NCBI GenBank assembly: GCA_030704615.1
Contig: CM060733.1
Coordinates: 27,652,001-27,716,000 of the forward strand
Origin: Takakia lepidozioides
Lineage: Eukaryota; Plantae; Bryophyta
Length of the DNA: 64,000 nt
Reading direction: 5' to 3'
Shown here: positions 1 to 10,692 of the stretch, piece by piece
Layout: each line of letters starts with the position of its first letter
How positions within the stretch are numbered: position 1 is the stretch's first letter
Position numbers and translations under genes: made by a program
The notes under the pieces: model-generated
Told to the model about the DNA's origin: nothing
The model's database searches: none
What the model saw: the letters and a program-made list of their open reading frames with translations, nothing else

Positions 1-577
1 TGATCTTACCTTTCCTTTGCATTTCATTCCATCTCCTCCCTTGTGCGGGGCCCCTCCGCTTCTCTCCTTTCGCACCCTCGTATTCACTTCAATACCCCCT
101 TCTCTCACTTACACGACGCTGATTATGAAACCTACCTAGCTTCAACCCTCTCCTCCATCTTTGCTCGACCATCTACTGATGACTGACAACCGCAATCGCA
201 AGGTGTGGCTTTTCTTAATGTACGATGTGAAGAAGTTTGTCCATCCTGCAAATGTGGGCTCTTGGCTCCTGTTAGTACCATGATTTGGTATTCTTCCTTA
301 TGTTTACAAGGTTCTCGGGAGAGTCAGCTTGGTCTTAGCAGGCAGTGTTTCAATCTCTGCCTGCTCAGCTGCACCGTGCCGGATTTCAAGCTCCAGATTA
401 TCTACGATTCCATATAGATCAATAGCTACAAGAAACCTGCATGAGTAGATGGTCAACTAAAGGCAGCAACTGCAGTGGCACAGTTGATAAAATCAGGCAC
501 CTCAACTATGATCACAACTGAACTGAAGAAGATCAAGACAAGGAGTCCACAACGGCTCTTCTGGCACTTTTGGGCAT

Positions 578-3500
578 GTGAAGATGCTTTGTGCGGCAGG
601 CAGACTGACAGAGGCTCTACAGACTTTGAACCAAGGAGGCATTTCAGCAGATTCAGATGTGTATGTCTGTCTCTTGCTTAAGTGCATCAAGATGGAAGGT
701 CTGGAAGCTGGAAAGCAGGTGCACACTCACATTATCCAAAGTGGATTCACGCCAAGTGTTTGTCTACTCAACACCTTTGTCAACATGTATGTTAAGTGTG
801 GGAGCATCATGGATGCTCACCAAGTGTTCAATAGAATGCCTCTACGATCTTTGATCACGTGGAATATAATGTTGGTAGTATTTACCAAGCATGGGTGTGG
901 TAGGAATGCTTTGGAGACCTATGAGCAAATGTTGCGCGAAGGGGTGAAGCCCAACCATATCACATTTGTTTGTGTATGCAATGCGTGTGCAAGCCTGGGA
1001 GTCTGGAAAAGGGGAAAGAGGTCCATGGTGACATCGTCAAAGCTGGAATTGTATCAGATGTCAGTCTGAACACTGTCTGGTGGACATGTATGCCCAATGT
1101 GGGTGCATTAAGGATGCGAAGGGAGTTTTCAACACTATGGTTGAATGAGATGTGACGTCATGGAACGCGATGCTTGCAGGGTATGCACAACAGGGACGTG
1201 GTATGGAGGCTTTGGAGACCTATGGTCAAATGATGGGGGAAGGGGTGAAGCCCAAACACATCACATTTGTGTGCATTTGCAAAGCGTGTGCAAGCCTGGC
1301 AGCTCTGGAAAAGGGCAAAGAGATCCATGGCGACATTGTCAGAGCTGTAATTGTACCAAATGTCATTCTGAACAATACCCTTGTGGACATGTATGAAGGG
1401 AGTGTTCGACTGTATGGCTGAACGAGATGTGGTGTCGTGGAGTGCGATGATTGCAGGATATGCACAGTAAAGGCGCAGGATGGAGGCTTTGGAGACCTAT
1501 GAGCAAATGATATGCGAAGGGGTGAAGCCCAACCTCATAACGTATGTTTGCATTTGCAATGCGTGTGCAAGCCTGGCAGCCCTGGAAAAGAGGTCCGTGG
1601 TGACATCGTCAAATCTGGAATTGTACCCGATGTCATTCTGAACACTGCCCTGGTGGACATGTATGTCAAATGTGGGTGCATCGAGGATGCAAAGGGAGTG
1701 TTCGACAGTATGGCTGAACGAGATGGTGTCGTGGAGGCGATGATTGCAGGATATGCACAACAAGGGTGCAAGATGGAGGCTTTGGAGACCCATATGCGCA
1801 CGAGACGCACTTCACCTTGTTCAAAAGACTATTTCTTTCTTTCACCCGGCCGATCAAATCTTAACTTATCACCTTCCGACCATCGGAGGCAGAACAATAT
1901 TGGGAAGGGAACACTGATTTGACTCAAGAAGCGCTCGCCAAATTATAAAGTAGGGTGCACCTAAGTACTCCTCTGGAACCCGGACAACTTCCTGAAGAAA
2001 GATTTTCAATCTCAGATGTGTAGAGCTCTCTTTGTCTTAAGTTTTGATCATGTACATTACAATCAACAGCTTCCAGATGTTGAGCATCATGAGCATTCAT
2101 TACTAGTTAGCGCGACAGACACAATGCAGACCCTCACTGTTCCACTGTTTCATGTATGTCCCTGGTTCAGTGTTAAGTCTGTCTTCGCTATCTTGGTGTC
2201 ATTTGAGCAAATGATGTGCGAAGGGGCGAAGATGGTCAACTGAAGGCAGTAGTTGCAGCGGCACAGTTGATAGAATCGTTTGCAATGCGTGTGCAAGCCT
2301 GGGAGCCCTGGAAAAGGGGAAAGAGGTCCATGGTGACATCATCAAAGCTGGGATTGTACCAGATGTCATTCTGAACACTGCCTGGTGGACATGTAGGCCA
2401 AATGTGGGTGCAAGGATGCAAAGGCAGTTTTCAACAATATGGCCGAACGAGATGTGGTGTCGTGGAGCGCGATGCTGCAGGGTATGCACAGCAAGGACGT
2501 GGGACATAGAACTTGTTTCCAGATGCAGAGAGAAAAGATAGATTGTCAATATCTGATGTGTGGGCACCTAATTGTTTATATCAAGGTAGGCTCAGCCTCG
2601 AGATTTTGGAAGTTGTTGAACAGAGGTGATGAGCAAAAAACAGATATTGTCTTCAAGCAGCACTGGCACGTCCTGCTATCAGTGGGGACCTGAGAACTTG
2701 AATCATGGTGAGAAAGGATTGGGAACACTGGCTAGAAGCAAACACTGCAGGCATCTTCACTGGCTGAGGAGAGAAGTGGAGTGGCGAGGAACAAGCACAC
2801 AGGCATGTCAACATGTCTTCCGGTATCCTCCCCACCTCCGGCTTTCCCTCGCACTGTCAATGCAGCCACCTCCAGTTTGTCAACCCAGCTATCTGGCGCC
2901 TGTAGACCCTGCAAGCGCCTGTATGTATGTTGTGCTACTTTACAACAGCCTGCATGCAACAGAATGTCATTCTGTCACTTTCTCAGCCGATCAGTCACTG
3001 GATTAGTGTTTAAACTTATGCTAGCCAACCCAGTGCTGTAAGTAATAGAGACGAGGAGAAGTTGTGGAATGAATACTTTTCTGACCCCATTGCTTGTGGT
3101 GTGCTTGTGCATGCCTGGCAGCCTTGGAAAATGGCAAAGAGGTCCATGGTCATCATCAAAGGCGCCGGAATTGTACCAGATGTCATTTTGGACACTACCC
3201 TGGTGGACATGTATGCCAAATGTCAGAATTGAGGATGCAAAGGGAGTATCTGACAATATGGCTGAACGAGGTATGGTGTCGTGGAGGGCGATGATCATAG
3301 GATATGCCCAGCATGGTTGTCATAGGGAGGTCCTGCAACTATTGGAAAGAATGCAAAAGAAAGGCTTCAATCCAGACAGTAATGTCTTTCTATGTGTTCT
3401 CTCTGCATACAGCCATGCTGACCTACTGGATGAAGGAAGATGCTACTTCGATTCCTGAGTCCAGATCATGGTGTGACTCGACCGGGAAAGCACTTTGGCT

Positions 3501-4005
3501 GCATGGTGGACCTTCTTGGACGTGCGGGCAATTGGATGAAGCAGAGGACCTCATTAATAAAATGCCAATGGAACCAGATGTTGTGGTGTGGATGGCCTTG
3601 CTTGATGCCTGCAGAAGCCATGGCAATCGCAAAGGTGTGTGAGATGATAAAGGTCAGAGGGGTTAAAAAGGAGCCAGGTCGCTGTTGCATTGAGGTTGGG
3701 AACAGGGTGCACACCTTTGTTGTAGATGACCTGCATCCCAAAATTAAGGAAATCCATGCTAAGCTGAGAAGATTGTCTGGGCAGATGAAGGAGACAGGGT
3801 ATGTGCCTGACACACGCTTTGTATTACGTAGAGCAAAATGAAGCTTCTCTTTGCTACCACAGTGAGAAGCTGGCCATTGGTTTTGGGCTGATAAGCATAG
3901 CCCCTAGGACGCCTCTCCGTCTCATCAAGAATCTTCGGGTGTGTGGACACTAACCGCTTTCACCACTTTAAAGATGGGTTTTGTTCTTGTGGGGATTACT
4001 GGTGA
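578..4005 (+). pseudogene. PLS-class pentatricopeptide repeat (PPR) protein with E/DYW (PG-type) cytidine-deaminase domain; frameshifted, rearranged pseudogene
   Basis: Fragments in several frames with P/L/S motifs (LVDMYVKCGCIEDA, SWNAMLAGYAQQG, PNHITFVCVCNACASL), E domain (MPMEPDVVVWMALLDACRSHG), PG box (KKEPGRCCIEVGNRVHTF), HSEKLA (~3858-3875) and terminal [17 protein letters not shown] ending 4005. Many frameshifts/stops and two unrelated insertions (~1795-2190, ~2505-3095). Confidence 0.92.
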
Positions 4006-4463
4006 AACGTTGTGTTGTTTGTTGGAATGGTGCAGATGCCTTGCTTCTGTAGCTACTCAGTTCGTCCACCATTTCCTGAGAATATTGGCCGTGTTGAGGG
4101 CATTTCCGTACCATAGATCCATAGGAAACAGTAGCGGGGTCTACAGGTAGTTAGTGAAGGGGGATACGACGAATGGCGAGAAGCGCAACTTTTTACCACC
4201 GATGGAATAATTTACAGGCTGATACGGGGTATATAATTATAGTTTGTTACCAAGTTTGGTGATTTATGGAGCTGATTAGCGGGCTAAATTATTGAGTCGA
4301 CGACACTCACAGGGCCTATTATTTGCATTTATACTTCTTGGATAGATAAAAAATCTTGGAATTCGCTTGGGAGTGATGGATGAAATAACAACTCGTGCCA
4401 ACTGGTCATCCAAGTGGATGGATGAAAAGCCAGCTTTCATTTGTCATTAAGACTTTTCATCCA

Positions 4464-5008
4464 TGTTGAATATTATATTATAGATCTTCCAAAGAAACAA
4501 TAGTTTAATGAATATTTTTTATTAGTTTATTAGGCTCAAAAACAGTATAAAAGAAGGACAAGGCTTCTCTTGTTCTTCGTCTAGTTAGTCATCTTGCTTA
4601 GTTTCCTCTTGTTGTTGTAGTGTTAGTTTGAGGCTTGAGGAGGCTAGATCATAGGGAGTGGAGCTTGAAACTCCCTAGTTAGATAGAATTCTTGTAAACT
4701 AAGGCAAGTGGCCTAGTTAGTGGGCTTTTGAACCATTTCATTTGTGAAGGAAGAGGGTAATTTCATGTGGAGGAACATGACTTGAGGACGAGTAGGAGGG
4801 GTTGGTGTGGACTTATGGACGAGAGCCCAAGTGGAGGCCGCATAGAGTACCATTACTTGAGTCGATAGAGCATCCCAAGCACTTTCGCATTGAAATGTTG
4901 ATCCCATCTTACCATTTCACCATTTGTGTATGTGATTCATTTATTTTCCATCAAAGCTTGAAGTTGAAAATCTGATGTGCTAATCCCCCCCTCCCCCCCC
5001 CACTAGCA
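4464..5008 (+). mobile_element. Probable solo LTR (copia-like)
   Basis: Begins TGTTGAATA, has TATAAAAG at ~4546, ends with a C-run/CTAGCA resembling copia U5 ends; imperfect flanks ATCCA/AACCA could be a decayed TSD. No internal coding sequence. Confidence 0.35.
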
Positions 5009-6671
5009 AACCATGGAGGCCTAGGGGAAGGTGGGTTGTATTTTTTTTGTCTTAGGGTTTGGGCAAGCTAAATTCGCTTGACAGCCGCTGCCCCGTAGTC
5101 GCGAGTAGCCTCGGAGGAGCCTGGGTGCTGCGCCTAGAGAGTAGGCACTCGATTACTAAAAGCGTGGAGGTAGTCGTGGCCCCGCCACGACGTACTGGGG
5201 AGCGGCCCCAGCGCTAACCTTAAGTCGTACTGAGATCAAGTACATCAGCCACGTGGCTCAGGCGTGAGGCCGTGAAGCGTGCGAGCAGGGGGCGGGTCTT
5301 TACCCGCGGGATAACCAAAAGCTGAGGTATACCGGCGGACGCCGGCATTAACCGCAACGGTCAACGGCTTGGACCGCTACGCGCGGATCTGCGCCCCGCC
5401 ACGTGGCAGGGGTGTTTTACCCAGCGGGCAATGCGTCTGCAAATTCCCTTAAAGGGGTGTATTCTTATCTTTAGCTATTAAGTTCAATTTATACCCCTCT
5501 AAAGGTTATGAGCCATTATCTAAGGTGCCAGTGGTAGATAAAATCTAGGATTTTGGAAGGACGTAGCCTCGGAGGGGAGCGTTCTTACGACTCCAAGAAA
5601 GAGCCAAGCGGGTCTGTGAGCAGTGAGCTAGAGGCGGAGACCTCGAGAGACAAGGGAGTAGAGAAAATACTCTGTCCTAAAAACTCGGCTACAGTGTGCT
5701 TTTGTGTCAGAGCCCAAGGTAGAGGATGACTTTTTCTACGGAGGGAAAGCACATCAGCGCCTTAAAATAATGTAAAGGGGTGAAATCTGGCTTGGACTCA
5801 CTAGTGGTTATTTTATTATTTACGCATGCATGTTCTGGACTAGGATGAGCTTTCAGCAAGATTCATTCATTCGAAAGGGCCGCGGCAGTTCCCCGCGGCA
5901 GGGAACGGCTCCCGGATGTTCATCGGTTCTCATTGGGTTCCGGGTTCCCAAGAGCATCTTTAGGCACCAATGAAATCTTTGGATTCTCCACATGATTTCC
6001 CATAGGGGAGGTATTTTTCCCGATTTTCTTAATTTCTTTTATTAGTCATAAGGTCGATGTTCTGGCAATATGTCTGCATTTTTCTTCTTGAAGACATCCT
6101 TGAAATCTTGATATTGAGCGGGTAATGTTGAAGTACATTTGTCTGTTGTGGTCTTGATCGGAGTCGCATAAAGTGCAAATGCCGCATTCTTTTTGGTAGC
6201 TCTCATGAAAGCTCTAGCTCCAAGGAACAGGGGTTGAATACCTTTGATATTTCTACATTTTTGTCTTGCAGAAATTTTTCGCGATCGTCAGTCGATGTCA
6301 GGATTGTGAAGTACGAACCAGGGGATCCAAGGATCACATAATTCGTTGGAGACTAGATGACGTTGAAAACAATATATGATGCTTGATCTTTAAGCTTCAC
6401 TTCAAGTGGTCGAGTTTCATGGTCCACATTTCGTCCATCGATGACTTCAACGGGGGCCAGAGTTTCTTCTTTACGAGCGTTAAATTGTGTTGTTTCTCAA
6501 AGTCTTTGTCAATAAAATAAGCTGAAGCACCCGAGTCCAAAAGTGCTTCTATGAAGATATCTCGATTTTGCATCCTGATCTTTACTGGAACTGTGAAACA
6601 AGATGTAGGATCTGGAGATAGAAAATGATTTTTTTTCGGTGATGAATTTGTGGTGTCCAGCCGCATGGTCC

Positions 6672-7693
6672 CTACTGTGACTGGATATCTTCGTTTTCTG
6701 ACCTCCTCGTATCGAACACTTGAGTTATGCCCCGAGCTTTGAATCTTCTCTTATTGGGGCAGTTTAATGCTATGTGATTTTTTTCTCCACAATAGATGCA
6801 TAATCCATTCGAGTGCCGTCTTTGTTTTTCTTGTGGCGTCAATGGCTTGAATCGGGCAGCATCAATCTGCATAGGATCATTACCGGATGTCTGATGGATC
6901 GTTGTATTTGGTGCCGTAGTAGCAGCGGCATGGTGTGTCGTCAACCATCCAGATCGCTTCTCTTGACATCTTTCGAACAAACGATTATCGCATGCAATGA
7001 CTTGGGTGATGAATTCACTCAGTGTGCTCACGTTTGATATTGTCAGCAACAAATCTTTTACATCATCTTTTAGCCCACATCGAAACTGACTAATGAGGCT
7101 CTTCTCATTCCAGTCGAGGTCGCATGCAAATTGTCGAAATTTGGCAGCATAAACGGAAGCAGGACGTGCTCCTTGTCGAAGATTTCGCATCTTTGTCTCT
7201 ACAACTCTCTCTCTCTATCATTCTCTCCAAACGTTGCAGTGAACTCGGACATAAATGCTTCAAAATTATATAGTAAATGCGAATTTTTTTCTAGTAGCGG
7301 TGCAAACCAAGATAGGGCAGTGCCTCATAGAAGGGTGCCCACGAATCCCACTTGAATACTTTCATCAGGGTAGCGTTGTGGATGTAGTCGTAGGAACAGT
7401 CATACTTGTTGAACAAAACCGCGAAATCTTGATCTCGTCCCATCAAATTTCTCGGGCATGCTGATCTTTGGTTCTCTCGTAATCTGTTGAAGAGGAACTG
7501 TTGCAGTAGGAGCTGTTGCAGTAGGGACTCGTATGGTGAAAGATCCATTGTTCGACTCCTTTAACTCTGAAATTTGTTGTTGCAAATTTGTGGAGAGCGT
7601 TGCCAAGATCTTGAGACTGATCAGCTTGCAATTGGGCGATAGAGGTATGAAGTTCTTGCATCTGGAGCTGAGACTTTGCAATGTGACGACCAT
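6672..7693 (-). pseudogene. Retrotransposon gag (disrupted)
   Basis: ORFs 7400-7693 and 6672-7190: coiled-coil N-term, PEKFDG motif, DPMQID motif, CX2CX4HX4C zinc knuckle. Confidence 0.85.
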
Positions 7694-7752
7694 TTCCGCA
7701 AATGTGCCTTCAATCTTAACTAACTAAGGAACAAACTTTAGTCTCGCCAAAC

Positions 7753-8348
7753 TGTCAAGGACGAGAATATGACTGAACACAAACAAGAAATCAGACTAGA
7801 GGTACAAGACTAGATAAGAAGTCAAGATTGGCGTGGCCGAATGCATGGTCGGTAAACATGAATCAAGATGATCTTTATAACAATGGAGTACATGTTACTG
7901 GAACTCGACTCGGATACTGGAATGTTGGAAACTGGACTGGGGTACTGGAAGACTGGTGTACTGGGACTGAGATCAAGAGTAGCTTCAACTTGTGTTGGCG
8001 AGACTAAAGAGTGTCCAGTCTCTCCTCCTATATATACTGGCTACTAAGAAGTTCCCTAAAAAGCTTCCTCTATAGAGGTTTCTTGATGGAGAAGTTTCTA
8101 AGATTAAACAAAGGTTTCTTGATGAAGAAGCTTCCTTAAACAAATGAGGTATCTTGATGGAGAAATTTTCTCCAAATGAAGCTTCCTAAGCAGTTTTCCA
8201 AGTTATTCTTGGTAATTTGATAAACTCCCGGTAATTTGGTAACTAATGATAAATCATGATAGATCATGGTAAATGGCGGTAACTTCTGATAACATGATAA
8301 CTTCTGGTATTTACTCCTGGTAAGTTCCTCTGGGCTATGTCCGTGACA
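7753..8348 (-). repeat. 5' LTR (596 bp) of the gypsy element
   Basis: TGTCA/TGACA termini, TATATATA at 8036-8029 on minus strand, immediately upstream of PBS and gag. Confidence 0.8.
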
Positions 8349-8762
8349 CTATCCTAGGCATCAAAACCCAAACCTCCATTTACGCCTTTGGCGCCACTTG
8401 TGTCGATACATACTACCTGTGTAAATGGGCAGGTTTTCTCGTACGTAGAAGACAACACTTGGCAAATAAAAGAATACCTCTTCGGGAACCATGCAAACTG
8501 CGACCCTACACACAAAAATGTGGTACGATATCCTAGCTAAGTATTGTAAGACTTTCAAGCCAAACAAACTTTTTTTTATTGTTAGGGTCCTTTGTATGTA
8601 CTTATTTGGGGGTCAAACTGATCTCATAGCTTAGCAATTCAAAAAAAACCCATTGCAAAATTTAACTCCTTGGTAATTAGATATTTCACTCAATTCCCGT
8701 GGTGAGGGCGTGGAATACACTACAGTAGTGAGTCTGGTAATATATATATATATATATATATA

Positions 8763-8842
8763 TTATGCCTCCCCAATGGAGCGTAACTTATGGTGTCTCT
8801 TCACTGCAAGGGCTACTGCCTTGCAGCTGGAAGGTGGACACC
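8763..8842 (-). mobile_element. tRNA-derived SINE, 3' part (family A copy 1), (AT)n tail at 8739-8762
   Basis: Reverse complement matches the GGTGTCCACC...AGAGACACCATAA(G/T)TTAC...TTGGG(G/A)AGGC core of the copies at ~9801-9990 and 54514-54666. Confidence 0.6.
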
Positions 8843-9800
8843 GATAAATTGTGAATCAGTGTGAATCCAATGGTAGAATTTAGGGGAAAAAAAAAAGGGC
8901 TTCAAAGTGGGCCCAACTTTGGGCCAATTATGACTTGCCATGTAGACATTGAACTCTCCATGGCCTTCTTGCATGCTCCTTTCATGACCCCTGGTTTTCT
9001 AGAAAATCTATAGGTTGGATAAATCATTAAGATTTGTTGCTTTCAATGTGAGAGGGTGGGCCATATGTGAGAAAATTAATTGCAATTGGAATCATTAAAA
9101 AATATTAACTTATGCAAGAATTACATAGGAAAATCTACTTCCTAGAAACACGAAATCATGGGTCTTTTGGGCCCCCTAAACGCCCAAAGAGGCCCTAGAG
9201 TGGGTTCTCTCTGGTCAAACTTAGTTTTCACTTTGAAAACAATATTTTTTGCATTTGAGTTGAACTATCAAAGTAAAGATAATCAAGGCTAGTCTCTATT
9301 CCACTTTACGAGTAATCAAAATTCCAATTATTGAATTTTTTTTTATAGCAATTACCAATTCAATGGGTCAAGAGCCAATTTGTTCTTCAGCAGAGTTTTT
9401 CTATCGAATTTTTCAACTTAAGAACTTTTTCTTACTTTTAAATATACTAAAGTGTTTTTCATTGTGATTTACACCCAAGGTAAAATTTTCATAAATTTTG
9501 GATACTTATTGTAATTGATATGAGTTTTTGAAGACATTAAGCATAAGAAAATCATAATATTTCACTTTTAATGAGACAATTCTGAAAAATTCAAGATTTA
9601 TAGTAAACATATAGGTTCATCTATGAAGAATATTAAAAAATTAATTTTCTCAAATCCAAGAGCTACAGATCAAAGTTTGACTACATTGAGAATTGTGTGG
9701 TCCTTTAGGGGTTAAGGGTTAAGTTGATTTCTCATATATTGGGTATATCAGAATTGTAGGGTTTGCTGTATTTGTGCGTGGTTATATTGCTCTTCCAAGG

Positions 9801-9998
9801 CAATCAAGTTGTAGCTAAGTGGTCACGGTATTGGGCACAGACCACCTTAAAAGTGGTTGTCGGTCCAATCCACCGATTGGTGTCACGAAGGTGTCCACCT
9901 TCTCGCCGGAAGGTACTAGGGAAGGTACTAGCCGGCCTTCCGGGTCGAGAGACACTATAATTTACACTTCCTTTGGGAAGGCGTCATACTCTTTCTTT
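9801..9998 (+). mobile_element. tRNA-derived SINE (family A copy 2)
   Basis: A-box-like TAGCTAAGTGG (9812-9822), B-box-like GGTCCAATCC (9862-9871), T-rich tail; colinear similarity with 54514-54666 (-) and 8763-8842 (-). Confidence 0.7.
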
Positions 9999-10013
9999 TT
10001 GGTCTTCCAAAAG

Positions 10014-10692
10014 TGGTTGGAGAGTTTGTGGTGGATTTTGTCCATGATTGGTTCATGTCCTAGGTATAACCTAGTGTAGTGTATGGAGGGTCATAGTCAA
10101 GCAATTGTTCTCCTTGCCTGATCAGGTAATATGTAGCCCAAATTGACAAAAAAATAAAAATAAAATAAAGACAAGTAGGGTATGTGGTAGCATCAGAATG
10201 CCACATGGTGCTGTTTATAGGACCCCTGTCGATGTGTTGCTGACACATAGACACATTTGCATGCACTGAGTAGATGTAAGCTGGATGCGAATATGTATAT
10301 GAAAGTTCGAGAGAGATGAAGTTTACGAACAAAATCTGATAAGCATGAGGTCTGTAGTGTGTACAATGCTGCAGTCCGACATAGAGCTGTAGCCAAGAGG
10401 GCAAGGGAGACACAACTGTGCAAATAATGACAAGGGAGAGATAACGCCTACCGGAATTAGTATAAATAAGAGCCTCTTCCCTATGAAGAGAGAGAGAGAG
10501 AGAGAAGACTCCAGCCGAGGCCGGCGTAACTAAGAGCCACTTCCCCTATGACGGCTGTAGATATAAGAAGTGTTGCTGCGTGAGGCTCTCTTTACAACTT
10601 GTGAGGAGTATTTTGTTCTAAGTTTTGTGTAAAATTAGGTTTGTATTGAGACATGTTTTGTTTCATTCTCGATCGATCTGGCAGGTCGTGAC
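10014..10692 (+). mobile_element. Possible degenerate solo LTR (gypsy-like)
   Basis: TATAAATAG at ~10461 followed by (GA)n, TGTA-rich U5-like tract and end ...GGTCGTGAC; 5' boundary and TSD not resolved. Confidence 0.3.

Larger units (their letters stand above)
6045..8348 (-). mobile_element. Ty3/gypsy LTR retrotransposon (Tcn1/sushi-like chromovirus type), 3'-truncated just after the start of RT
   Basis: 5' LTR 8348-7753 (TGTCA...TGACA); gag with PEKFDGTRSRFRGF and Retrotrans_gag region (LRQGARPASVYAAKFRQ), CCHC knuckle CIYCGEKNHIALNC; protease ALLDSGA (6397-6666); RT lead-in LPAQYQDFKDVFKKKNADILPEHRPYD at ~6125-6045, then truncated. Confidence 0.9.

Noticed and set aside
9700-9724. TTTAGGGGTTAAGGGTTAAG: telomere-like tract or piggyBac-like end
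   Set aside because: Only 2-3 degenerate units, and no matching inverted terminus was found.
9801-9880. Possible tRNA gene
   Set aside because: A/B boxes present but no cloverleaf; it continues into a body shared by other copies, so called a SINE.
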